DNA of 12,048 nucleotides from Candidatus Micrarchaeia archaeon (GCA_038870455.1 JAWCPB010000032.1:1-12048), one strand, 5' to 3'. Shown: positions 1 to 7,865, counted from the stretch's first letter. Program-made: numbers and translations. Notes: generated from the letters alone by a model not told the origin.

Positions 1-18
1 CACGCAATCCCCCCACAC

Positions 19-234
19 ATCAGAACCAACCGATGACTTTTCCGTCAACGCTTTTGCCGGATCGCCGGCAAAAGGGTTGTATCGTTGGTTCCGATACCTC
101 CGAACCGCGGGAACCTACGGTTCCCCCAGTTCCAGGTTCCTCCTGACCCCTATCAGAACCAACCGACGGCTTCCTCGCTCGCAGCCCGTTCCACGGGGCT
201 CGCTCGTCGCCGAATCGTTGGTTCCGATACCTCC
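19..234. repeat. Two cassette-like units with conserved inverted-repeat arms and different 46-nt hairpin cargos, separated by a 50-nt linker homologous to a tRNA intron
   Basis: Left arm ATCAGAACCAACCGA(T/C) is at 19-34 and 152-167. Right arm ATCGTTGGTTCCGATACCTCC is at 81-101 and 214-234 (period 133). The two arms are imperfect reverse complements. Cargos 35-80 and 168-213 are unrelated to each other. Confidence 0.9.
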
Positions 235-262
235 AGCAACCTTTTTCTCTCATCGAAGAGGG

Positions 263-349
263 GGGAAGGTCCAGGACGAAGGGGGGAAACTTCCCCCCTT
301 TGTCTAGGGAAGGTCTAGGACGAAGGGGGGACACCTCCCCCCTTTGTCT
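263..349. repeat. Two tandem copies (period 44) of a G6/C6 hairpin unit
   Basis: GGGAAGGTC(C/T)AGGACGAAGGGGGG-A(A/C)AC(T/C)T-CCCCCCTTTGTCT occurs at 263-305 and 307-349. The stem is GACGAAGGGGGG/CCCCCCTTTGTC. Confidence 0.9.
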
Positions 350-532
350 TCCGTCAACGCTTTTTCGGTCCGCCGAAAAAGGGTTGGCGCCGCAGGCGCT
401 CTCTTTTTTCCGTCAACGCTTTTTCGGTCCACCGAAAAAGGGTTGGCGCCGCAGGCGCTCTCTTTTTTCCGTCAACGCTTTTTCGGTCCACCGAAAAAGG
501 GTTGTCCGCCAACGCTTTTGCCGAATCGTCGA
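349..532. repeat. Tandem 59-bp palindromic repeat (about 2.6 copies plus a degenerate fourth core)
   Basis: Core CCGTCAACGCTTTTTCGGTCC(G/A)CCGAAAAAGGGTTG starts at 351, 410 and 469, with identical linkers GCGCCGCAGGCGCTCTCTTTTTT. A degenerate core TCCGCCAACGCTTTTGCCGAATCG starts at 505. Confidence 0.92.
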
Positions 533-597
533 ATGAAGCAGCTTCCCGAAATCCTTTAAAATCCCGCCTGCGTATTCCCCCCGCGACCAGTGGAAGC

Positions 598-756
598 ATG
601 CTTTCCAGCAAAGCGGTGTGCATCAGCATTCCGGGCGACAACCCGAACTATCTGAGGATACTGCGCGCGCTGCTCGAGTCGTTCGACGGTGAAGTGGAGT
701 TTCACGTCAAGTGCAAGGACGGCATGCACTATTATCTCGTCTGGCCAAAAGAATAG
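598..756 (+). CDS. Small hypothetical protein (52 aa, MLSSKAVCISIPGDNPNY...YYLVWPKE)
   Basis: ATG at 598 lies in the 502..756 ORF, past the repeats. TTTAAAA is at 555-561 upstream, codon usage looks like that of neighbouring genes, and it is co-directional with the HEAT gene 31 nt downstream. No family recognised. Confidence 0.55.
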   Translation: MLSSKAVCISIPGDNPNYLRILRALLESFDGEVEFHVKCKDGMHYYLVWPKE

Positions 757-787
757 AGATTAAAACATTGAATGCATTCGCTTTCTC

Positions 788-1672
788 ATGGCCGACAGAG
801 AAGAGTTCAACGAGGCGCTCAAGCAGGCGCTCGCCGCGGCCGCGCCCAGCGAGCTTGAGGAGCCGCTCTCGAAAATAAGCGCGTTGGGGATGGTCAAACA
901 GGCCGTGGAGGCTTTTCTCAATGAGCTCAACAACAAAGATCCTTGGGTGAGGCACAATGCAGTCGAGGCGCTGGGCAGGCTCGGCCTCCGGGACGAGCGA
1001 GTAAAGAAAGCAGTTCCTGACCTCATTGAAGCGCTTGCCGACCCGCTCCTCCGGGCCGACATCGCCCGTGCGCTCGGCATGATCGGCGACGACAAGGCAG
1101 TGCCCGCGCTCATCGAGTGTCTGAACGACGGCAACAGGGAAGTACGCGGCAACGCAACCGAGGCGCTCGGGCACATGAAGGACAGGCGCAGCGTTCCGGC
1201 ACTCATCGAAAAGCTCGAAGACGAGAATGCGAGGGTGCGCTTCAGCGCGGCCCTCTCGCTGGGCAGGATTGGCGATGCGCGCGCGCTGCCCGCCCTCAGG
1301 AAAGCGCTTCTCGAAGACCCTGATGTCATGGTGCGCACCTACGCCGCGGCCAGCATTGGCGTCATAGGCGACCTGACCAAGGACAAGAGCGGCGCGCCGG
1401 CCCTCATCAAGGCCCTGCGCGACAAGGAAATTGAAGTTGTGCGAACCGCGGCGAGCTCCCTCGGCAGGCTCAAGGACGAGGGCGCCGTGCTTCCGCTGAC
1501 CGCGCTGCTGAGCCACGAAAACAATTTTGTGAGAAGCGACGCCGCCTGGGCTCTCGGAGTGATCGGCGACGCGTCTGCTCTGCCGGCCCTGCGCGCGAGG
1601 CTCAACGACGAGGACGACATGGTGAGGGGAAACGTGAAGCTGGCGATAGAGAAGATAGAGGGGAGAAGGTAA
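788..1672 (+). CDS. HEAT-repeat (PBS-lyase-like) protein, 294 aa
   Basis: About 8 repeats of the type L.D....VR..AA.ALG.IGD..AVPALI (e.g. LEDENARVRFSAALSLGRIGDARALPAL). Confidence 0.93.
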   Translation: MADREEFNEALKQALAAAAPSELEEPLSKISALGMVKQAVEAFLNELNNKDPWVRHNAVEALGRLGLRDERVKKAVPDLIEALADPLLRADIARALGMIGDDKAVPALIECLNDGNREVRGNATEALGHMKDRRSVPALIEKLEDENARVRFSAALSLGRIGDARALPALRKALLEDPDVMVRTYAAASIGVIGDLTKDKSGAPALIKALRDKEIEVVRTAASSLGRLKDEGAVLPLTALLSHENNFVRSDAAWALGVIGDASALPALRARLNDEDDMVRGNVKLAIEKIEGRR

Positions 1673-2076
1673 TGCCGCTCATCACCGAAGAAGAGGAGAA
1701 GAGGCTGTTCGAAAAGCTCAAGGCCTATTACGAGCGACTATACGGCATTCCGTTCAAGTCCGAGAAAGCAGTTCTAACGCCCGCTGAGATAGGCGAGCTT
1801 CACTACACTTTTCCAGGCGAAGAGGCCGAGGCGACTTTCGAGGAAAAGGTGGCCGACATCGAGTCGGCGCTGAAGACCGGCTATAACGCGCCGGCGATCA
1901 TACTCAGGAAAGAAAAACAGGGAAAAGACGTCATCATCGATGGGCATCGGCGCCTGTACGTGGCTTGGCGCAAGCGCATCTCTTGGCCGGTCCTCCTCCT
2001 CATTCCGATTAAGGAAATTGATCTCGCCATAGAGAAGACAATCACTGGAAAAATCAGGGAACTCCGGAAGGGCTAG
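1672..2076 (+). CDS. Stand-alone ParB/sulfiredoxin N-terminal-like domain protein, 134 aa
   Basis: PAIILRK...VIIDGHRRL matches the ParB/Srx (I/V)DG(H/E)RR motif. The start overlaps the HEAT gene stop (TAATG at 1670-1674). Confidence 0.8.
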   Translation: MPLITEEEEKRLFEKLKAYYERLYGIPFKSEKAVLTPAEIGELHYTFPGEEAEATFEEKVADIESALKTGYNAPAIILRKEKQGKDVIIDGHRRLYVAWRKRISWPVLLLIPIKEIDLAIEKTITGKIRELRKG

Positions 2077-2151
2077 CGAAGGGATTTTTAAACCATGTGC
2101 GCCATAACAATCACCTGAATTCTTGCTGTTTTAAAGAACAGGGGTCATGCC

Positions 2152-3462
2152 ATGCGTGTCGTGATGAAGTTCGGGGGCTCCTGCCTGAACTCGGACGAGG
2201 ACATCCGCAGGACAGTGCGCATTGTGCGCGAGCACGGGCGGCCCGTCGTCGTGCTGTCCGCGCTCAAGGGAGTAACGGACGAGCTCATAGCACAGGAAAA
2301 GGCCGCCCTCGCGGGAGGCTTTGACTTGGATAAGATAGAAGACATCCACAGGCGCGCACTCTCCGGCCTCAAGCCCGAGACGCAGGTGAAGGCGAACAAC
2401 AGGATTCATGGGAAAATAGAGGAGTTGCGCAAGCTCTACACCGCCGTTTCCTACCTAGGGGAAATCACTCCCGCGCAGCACGACCGGATAGTCTCATTCG
2501 GAGAACGCACCGTGATTGAGATCGCCGCGGCTTATTTCAACGAAGCAGGCCTGCCCGCGGTTCCGCTGTGGGGAGCCGAGGCTGGCATCGTGACGAACGA
2601 CCATTTCGGCGACGCCGTCATCCTCGAGGAGAGCGCAGAGCTGGTGAGGCAGAAGCTCCCGCACGACAAGGTGCCGGTCGTGGCCGGCTTCGTGGGTGTG
2701 ACCAAGGAGAATCAAATCACTACTCTCGGGAGGGGAGGCAGCGACTACACGGCAACATTCATAGCCGCGGCTCTAGGAAGCGCGTGCATACTGTGGAAGG
2801 ATGTGGATGGGCTTATGACCGCGGACCCGAAAATAGTCCCCGAGGCGAGAGTGGTCAAGAAGATGAACTATCTCGATGCCATGGAAATCGCGCACTACGG
2901 AAGCAAGGTCATCCAGGAGAAGAGCATTCTGCCAGCCATGATTCACAAGGTGCCCATTCACATCCGCAACGTGAATGAAAAGGGCGAGGGCACGCTCATA
3001 TCGCAGGAGGTGGGCGATTCCATGGTGGTCAGCACGGTGAAGAACGTCGCCATCATAGATCTCCTCGGCTACACGGGCATGCTCGATGTTTTGTCGCGCG
3101 TGCTACAGGAGCTGGCCAGGGACGGCATCTATCCTCTGCTCATCACGGAAAGCAGCGCGTGCGGCGAGGTGAGCATAGTCGTCGAAGAGGGAAAGGCCGG
3201 CAGGATAGAGAAGGCTGCCAAAGTCCTCATGGCGGGAAAGAAGATGACTGTCGACAGGGGGCTCGGCATGGTGAGCATCATCGGCAGCGTCATGCGCGGG
3301 AGAGTGGGAACCGCCGCCGCCGTCTTCGACTGCCTCGCGGAAGAGAGAATAAACATCATAACCATCTCGCAGAGCGCGAGCGAGAGGAGCATCAGCGTTG
3401 TCATCGAAGGCGACAAGGTGCAGAAGGCCGCCCAAGCGCTCCACAGGAAATTCGTGAAGTAG
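2152..3462 (+). CDS. lysC: Aspartate kinase with C-terminal ACT domains, 436 aa
   Basis: Motifs VMKFGGS, VVLSALKGVTD, SFGER, TTLGRGGSDYTA and WKDVDGLMTADPKIVPEAR, plus ACT-like SIIGSVMRGRVGTAAAVF...ISQSASERSIS. Candidate TATA boxes are at 2085-2092 and 2129-2136. Confidence 0.95.
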   Translation: MRVVMKFGGSCLNSDEDIRRTVRIVREHGRPVVVLSALKGVTDELIAQEKAALAGGFDLDKIEDIHRRALSGLKPETQVKANNRIHGKIEELRKLYTAVSYLGEITPAQHDRIVSFGERTVIEIAAAYFNEAGLPAVPLWGAEAGIVTNDHFGDAVILEESAELVRQKLPHDKVPVVAGFVGVTKENQITTLGRGGSDYTATFIAAALGSACILWKDVDGLMTADPKIVPEARVVKKMNYLDAMEIAHYGSKVIQEKSILPAMIHKVPIHIRNVNEKGEGTLISQEVGDSMVVSTVKNVAIIDLLGYTGMLDVLSRVLQELARDGIYPLLITESSACGEVSIVVEEGKAGRIEKAAKVLMAGKKMTVDRGLGMVSIIGSVMRGRVGTAAAVFDCLAEERINIITISQSASERSISVVIEGDKVQKAAQALHRKFVK

Positions 3463-4755
3463 TCAGCGGAGTTTTGCCCCCAGGCCCGCATACCTCGCCG
3501 CGATCTTCTCGCCTATTTTTTTCGCGTCCGCGTCCGCGTAAATGTGAAAGCGCAGCGTGACGCTCTTGCCTTCCTTCAGCTGGTAAGTGTCTATGACCTC
3601 AACTTTCAGGATGTCCTCGTCAATCCCGCTGCCGGCCGCCCTCACCGCCTCTGGCTCGCATGAGGGAAACAGAAAGGAGTAATCCCTGTAAGTCGCTCTC
3701 TTCATCTTCCACTCCCGCAGCTCGTCCTCCCCAAGCACGCGCACGTTGGCCAGCTTAAGCGCCTTCCTCGTTTTGCCCTCCATAATCTCCACCGTGTCGG
3801 CTGTCACGCTCTCCAGCCTGCCGTAGTGCACGGCGCGCGAGTAGATGTTCTCCAGCCCCACGCATCTTCCGACGCTCGCCCTCAGCGCGTTGAGCTCGGC
3901 GTAAAGCGCTCCGATGGCCTTGTCGCTCTTCGCCATGCCGTCTTCCAGGTTTCCGTAGTTCTTCGCCGCCTCCGTCATGAGGCGGATGAACCCCTCCTTG
4001 TCCTTCTCCTCAATGACCTTGCGCAGCCTGGCCGCCTGCTTGACGAAGGCAGCGCGCACGCTCTTGGCAAACGGGTTATGCATCTGAATGTCCGCGTACA
4101 GGTGCGGGTCCTGGCCGATTATCCTCGCCACCAAGTCCATGGTCAGCTCGTATACGGGCGAGGCGAATTTCCTCGAGGCCCTGACATCCGCCCCGAGTTC
4201 CTTCAGCGTGGCCGCTGTCGTTATGTAGGAAAAGTGCGTGAGCGCCTGCACGACCGCCACCATCCTGTCGTGCTCTTCCGGAGTGGTCTCGACAATGCTC
4301 GCCCCCCTCTCGGCGAAAAACGCCTTTATTCTTTCGAACCTCCCGCCTTTTCTGACGGGCGTGAACACGACCATTTGCCCATCAAGGGAGGCCACCCTCG
4401 GCCCGTGCATGGGGTGGCAGCCGACGACCTCCTCGCATGCCGCTTTTGTCATTTCCCTGACTGCCTCTGTCTTCACGCTCGTGAAGTCCATGAGCAGACA
4501 TTCCCTGCGGAGGTGCGGCAGGAGCCCTCGGACAGCCCGCACCGTCTCCGAAATGGGCACGCTGATGATTACAGCATCCGCGTTTGCCGCGGCCTCTTCA
4601 TTCGAGTCAGCGAACTCTATCCCAAGCTCTCCCGCAACCTTCCTTGCCTTGCCCGCGTCGGCATCCGAAATCGTTACCTGAAAGCCCGCTTCCTTGAACA
4701 GCCTGGCATAAAGCGAGCCGAGCGCGCCCGCGCCTCCCACTACTGCAATGCGCAT
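3463..4755 (-). CDS. tyrA: Prephenate dehydrogenase (archaeal long form with C-terminal extension), about 430 aa
   Basis: Rossmann motif MRIAVVGGAGALG, plus DFTSVK, catalytic GCHPMHGP and EEHDRMVAVVQALTH. The start is placed at the ATG at 4755 rather than the ORF-track 4776. Confidence 0.92.
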   Translation of the reverse strand: MRIAVVGGAGALGSLYARLFKEAGFQVTISDADAGKARKVAGELGIEFADSNEEAAANADAVIISVPISETVRAVRGLLPHLRRECLLMDFTSVKTEAVREMTKAACEEVVGCHPMHGPRVASLDGQMVVFTPVRKGGRFERIKAFFAERGASIVETTPEEHDRMVAVVQALTHFSYITTAATLKELGADVRASRKFASPVYELTMDLVARIIGQDPHLYADIQMHNPFAKSVRAAFVKQAARLRKVIEEKDKEGFIRLMTEAAKNYGNLEDGMAKSDKAIGALYAELNALRASVGRCVGLENIYSRAVHYGRLESVTADTVEIMEGKTRKALKLANVRVLGEDELREWKMKRATYRDYSFLFPSCEPEAVRAAGSGIDEDILKVEVIDTYQLKEGKSVTLRFHIYADADAKKIGEKIAARYAGLGAKLR

Positions 4756-4776
4756 GCACGTAATTCGCAGAAGCAA

Positions 4777-4785
4777 TTTTTAAAT
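4777..4785. promoter_or_regulatory. Putative TATA box shared by the divergent tyrA and C-N hydrolase genes
   Basis: TTTTTAAAT is centred in a 51-bp intergenic gap, about 21 nt from each start codon (4755 and 4807). Confidence 0.55.
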
Positions 4786-4806
4786 GAAGGGGTGAGAAGT
4801 TAGTCC

Positions 4807-5580
4807 GTGAGGATTGCCTTTGTCCAAACGAACCCAAAGCTTCTCGCAGTTGAGGAAAACATCGAGCGGGCGCTCTCTTTAGCAAAAGGCGTGCGCGCCG
4901 ACCTCATCGTGTTTCCGGAGCTTTTCAGCACGGGCTACAACTTCAGGAGCAAGAGGGAAGTTGTGGCTGTTGCTGAAATCGCTGGCAAAGGGCCTGCGAG
5001 CGAGGCTCTCCTCAGCGAAGCAAGGCGCAGAAACTGCATGATGGTCGCGGGCTTTGCTGAAAAAAGCGGGGGCAGGCTCTTCAACTCCGCCCTCATCGCC
5101 ACGCCCAAGGGCTTTTCGGTCTATAGAAAAACTCATCTCTTTGGCCGCGAGAAGCTCTTCTTCTCCCCGGGCGACACGGGCTTCCGCGTTTTTCCCTGGA
5201 AGGGCGCGCGCGTGGGCGTCATGGTGTGCTTCGACTGGTTCTTTCCAGAGTCCGCGCGCACGCTCATGCTGAAAGGCGCCGAGGTCATCGCGCACCCTGC
5301 GAACCTCGTGCTGCCCTGGTGCCCGGAGGCCATGCGCACGAGGTGCGTAGAGAACAGGGTGTTCGCGGTGACTGCCGACAGGGTGGGCGCCGAACGCGGC
5401 CTGCGCTTCATCGGCCGGTCTCAGATTACCGGAACGCATGGAGAGGTCATCTACAGGGCAAGCGCCGACAGGGAGGAAGTTCGCGCGGCTGAAATCAATG
5501 TGAAGAAAGCGAGGGACAAGAAAATTGGCGAGCGGAATCATCTCGTCAGGGACAGGAGGAGGGAGTTCTACCACCCGTAG
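4807..5580 (+). CDS. Nitrilase / carbon-nitrogen hydrolase superfamily protein, 257 aa
   Basis: Glu-Lys-Cys triad in LIVFPELFSTGY, YRKTHLF and MVCFDWFFPESAR. GTG start. Confidence 0.93.
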   Translation: MRIAFVQTNPKLLAVEENIERALSLAKGVRADLIVFPELFSTGYNFRSKREVVAVAEIAGKGPASEALLSEARRRNCMMVAGFAEKSGGRLFNSALIATPKGFSVYRKTHLFGREKLFFSPGDTGFRVFPWKGARVGVMVCFDWFFPESARTLMLKGAEVIAHPANLVLPWCPEAMRTRCVENRVFAVTADRVGAERGLRFIGRSQITGTHGEVIYRASADREEVRAAEINVKKARDKKIGERNHLVRDRRREFYHP

Positions 5581-6731
5581 TTCTTCGCCCTAGACATCTC
5601 GAACGACTGCATCGCTGCGAAAATGTTTTTCGTGAAGACCGACGGCCTGGCCAACAGCTTCAGCCCGCCGACGAGCTTGTCCAGCAGGCTCATTCTCGAA
5701 AGTTCTTTGGGGAGCGCGCTGCCGATGGCGTTCAGCTCGTCCTGGGTGAATGCGTAGAAGGCCCGCTTTCCCTCCACCATCCTCGCGTAATCGGGAAACT
5801 CGCTTTTCCACAGCCTCTCGTAAAGCCTGAGGATGTTCTGCGTCGTGTCGTTCCTCTTTACCGCCTGCGCCGCCACTTCCGCAGCGAGCTCGCCGCTCTT
5901 GAGCGCCAGGTGCGTTCCTCCCTCGAAGAGCGGGGAGGCGAAGCCCGCCGCGTCGCCCACGAGAAGCAGCCCGTCGCCAAAAGTTTTTGCAGAAGGGCCT
6001 GAGGCAGGGATGAGCCCGCCGAACGCCTTCTCCACGCTCTTGTTCTCCCACGCCATGCGCGAGACGAACTCATCGAGGTATTTCTTTGCGTTGCTCTTAT
6101 CGGTCGTGATCAATCCGACGTTCGCCTTTCCATCTCCTTTCGGAATCATCCACAGGTAGCCGCCCGGCGCGAGCTCGGGCCACAGGTAGAAGTCTAGGTA
6201 GCCGTCTGTCGGAATGTCGCTCATCCTGTACTGCAGGCCTATGACAGTCTCGTGCGGGGGATTAAGCCCGAGCTTTCTTGAAGCGAACGCCTGCACCCCG
6301 CTCGCGTCAATAAGCAGCTCGGCTTCGAATTCCCCGTTCGAGGCGGAAGCCCTCCAGCGGTCGCTCCTCTCCAGCCCCTCGATTTTCACCGGGAAGGCGA
6401 GCTTTGCCCCAGCAGCCTGCGCCTCGCCCGCCAGCCAGGCCTCAAACTTGTCTTTGTTCAGCACGAAGCCGGGCTCGGTGAGCACGCTCGCGGAATGGTT
6501 TGGGAAAATAACGCGCACGCCCCGCACGCTCATCGCAATCGCTTCCTGCGGGAGCTTGAGCTTGAACTTCTCGACCGCCAGCGCGCTGAGGCACTCCCCG
6601 CAGTGCACTGGCTCGCCTATTCTCGGATGCTCTTCGCAGAGCAGCACGCTCAGGCCCTTCCTTGCGGCGTGAAGGGCCGCGGAGCAGCCCGCAGGGCCCG
6701 CGCCCGTCACGAGCACGTCGTACAGCTCCAT
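5568..6731 (-). CDS. Geranylgeranyl reductase family FAD-dependent oxidoreductase (DGGR-like), 387 aa
   Basis: Motifs YDVLVTGAGPAG, GEPVHCGE, PGGYLWMIPKG and LLVGDAAGFASPLFEGG. Its 3' end overlaps the hydrolase gene by 13 nt. Confidence 0.9.
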   Translation of the reverse strand: MELYDVLVTGAGPAGCSAALHAARKGLSVLLCEEHPRIGEPVHCGECLSALAVEKFKLKLPQEAIAMSVRGVRVIFPNHSASVLTEPGFVLNKDKFEAWLAGEAQAAGAKLAFPVKIEGLERSDRWRASASNGEFEAELLIDASGVQAFASRKLGLNPPHETVIGLQYRMSDIPTDGYLDFYLWPELAPGGYLWMIPKGDGKANVGLITTDKSNAKKYLDEFVSRMAWENKSVEKAFGGLIPASGPSAKTFGDGLLLVGDAAGFASPLFEGGTHLALKSGELAAEVAAQAVKRNDTTQNILRLYERLWKSEFPDYARMVEGKRAFYAFTQDELNAIGSALPKELSRMSLLDKLVGGLKLLARPSVFTKNIFAAMQSFEMSRAKNYGW

Positions 6732-6735
6732 CTGA

Positions 6736-7470
6736 TTACCCCATGTAGGCGTGAGCTGCCGCGATCACACAGACTCCAATCAGTATGAAAGCGAGCTGAG
6801 TGAGCGATTCCTTCAGCGTGCCTGTCTTGTGCAGCTCCGGAAACAAGTCCGCGCCCGCAATGTAGATGAATCCTCCGGCTGCAAACGGTAGCATGAGGGT
6901 GGTGAAAGCCTGGGCTTGCTGGGCCAAGAAATAAGCGGCAACCGCGCCGACCACCGCTGTGAGCGCGGTCGCAAAATTGTAGAGGATTGCCTCGCGCTTG
7001 GTGAATCCGCCTTTCAGGAGGATGCTGAAGTCGCCTATTTCCTGCGGAATCTCATGCGCCGCAACGGCAATCGTCGCGGTCACTCCCGTGGCGAAGTCGG
7101 CGAGGTAAGCAACGGCTATTATCGCGCCATCCAGGAAATTGTGGATGCCGTCCCCCAGCAGGTTCATGTAAGCATATTCGTGCACCCTGCACTTCCTGTC
7201 GTGGCAGTGGTACCACCTGAGCAGCTTTTCGATTGCAAAAAAAGCAATCACCCCGAGCAGTGCGAGCGCGAAATGGCCGTTTCCCAGCGCGGCCTGCGCC
7301 TCGGGCAGGAGGTCCAGGAACGCGGCGCCCAGCAGCGTGCCGGCAGCAAAGCTGACGAGCGCGGGCAGAACCTTCCCCAGCGTCGCCTTCCGCAGCGAGA
7401 GCAGGGCCACCCCAACGAGCGAGATGAGGCTGACGGCAATCGCTGAAGCCAGAATGTACAGCAGGCTCAT
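6736..7470 (-). CDS. ZIP-family (ZupT-like) divalent metal transporter, about 244 aa
   Basis: Multiple hydrophobic helices with DLLPEA, GDGIHNFLDG, AHEIPQEIGDF, AAGGFIYIA.DLFPE and a His/Cys loop WYHCHDRKCRVHE. The start is placed at ATG 7470, downstream of a TATA box. Confidence 0.93.
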   Translation of the reverse strand: MSLLYILASAIAVSLISLVGVALLSLRKATLGKVLPALVSFAAGTLLGAAFLDLLPEAQAALGNGHFALALLGVIAFFAIEKLLRWYHCHDRKCRVHEYAYMNLLGDGIHNFLDGAIIAVAYLADFATGVTATIAVAAHEIPQEIGDFSILLKGGFTKREAILYNFATALTAVVGAVAAYFLAQQAQAFTTLMLPFAAGGFIYIAGADLFPELHKTGTLKESLTQLAFILIGVCVIAAAHAYMG

Positions 7471-7489
7471 GCGCCATATTTTTCGGGTA

Positions 7490-7500
7490 ATTATATAAAA
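7490..7500 (-). promoter_or_regulatory. Putative TATA box for the ZIP-GGR operon
   Basis: The minus strand reads TTTTATATAAT about 20-30 nt upstream of ATG 7470. Confidence 0.65.
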
Positions 7501-7525
7501 ACCAACGCCAGCCACAGCCCGCCTT

Positions 7526-7840
7526 TCAGCCCAGGGAGGATGACACGCGCCGAATTGTCTTCATACTCCTCGTTGTCACAAAAATCGGCTTTCCAAAGTA
7601 TGCTGACAGAACCCTCTCCAGCCGCGAACCAACCGTTGCGTAGTGCATGCCCCTCTTCTTGAAGACAACATTATCAGTCTTGTCAATTTTTAAAATTCTC
7701 AGGTTATCCGTCTCAATCTTTCGGCACAATGCGAACATTTTCTCCTGTGTTATCCTCGCATTTCTGTAAAAGTTAATTCCTCTCACAAACGCGATCCCTT
7801 CCTCCCAACCGCTTGCAGCCCTACGCTTCGCTCTCATCAT
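7526..7840 (-). CDS. DUF1697-like protein (N-terminal half only), about 104 aa
   Basis: IAFVRGINF...NVVF...LERVLSAYFGKPIFVTTRS resembles the DUF1697 pattern (Y/I)ALLRGINV...SGNVVF...FG..V.V.VR. The start could be 7846, 7840 or 7837. The gene is visibly more AT-rich than its neighbours. Confidence 0.65.
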   Translation of the reverse strand: MMRAKRRAASGWEEGIAFVRGINFYRNARITQEKMFALCRKIETDNLRILKIDKTDNVVFKKRGMHYATVGSRLERVLSAYFGKPIFVTTRSMKTIRRVSSSLG

Positions 7841-7865
7841 AACCACTTGTGGGCTGTATGCAAAG

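Noticed and set aside
19-234. Possible hidden, split or permuted tRNA, given the intron-like segments
   Set aside because: No D-arm, T-loop (TTCRA) or acceptor stem could be assembled, and the arm stems do not form a BHB.
349-532. Possible CRISPR array (36-bp palindromic core repeated)
   Set aside because: The intervening sequences are identical 23-mers rather than unique spacers, and no cas genes are in the window. It is a tandem repeat.
20-641. Several overlapping 70-104 aa ORFs in the first 640 bp
   Set aside because: They are translations of GC-rich palindromic repeats with repeated peptides and no recognisable domain.
707-1516. 269-aa minus-strand ORF (also 3826..4803 + and 4879..5574 -)
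   Set aside because: These are antisense shadows of well-supported genes.
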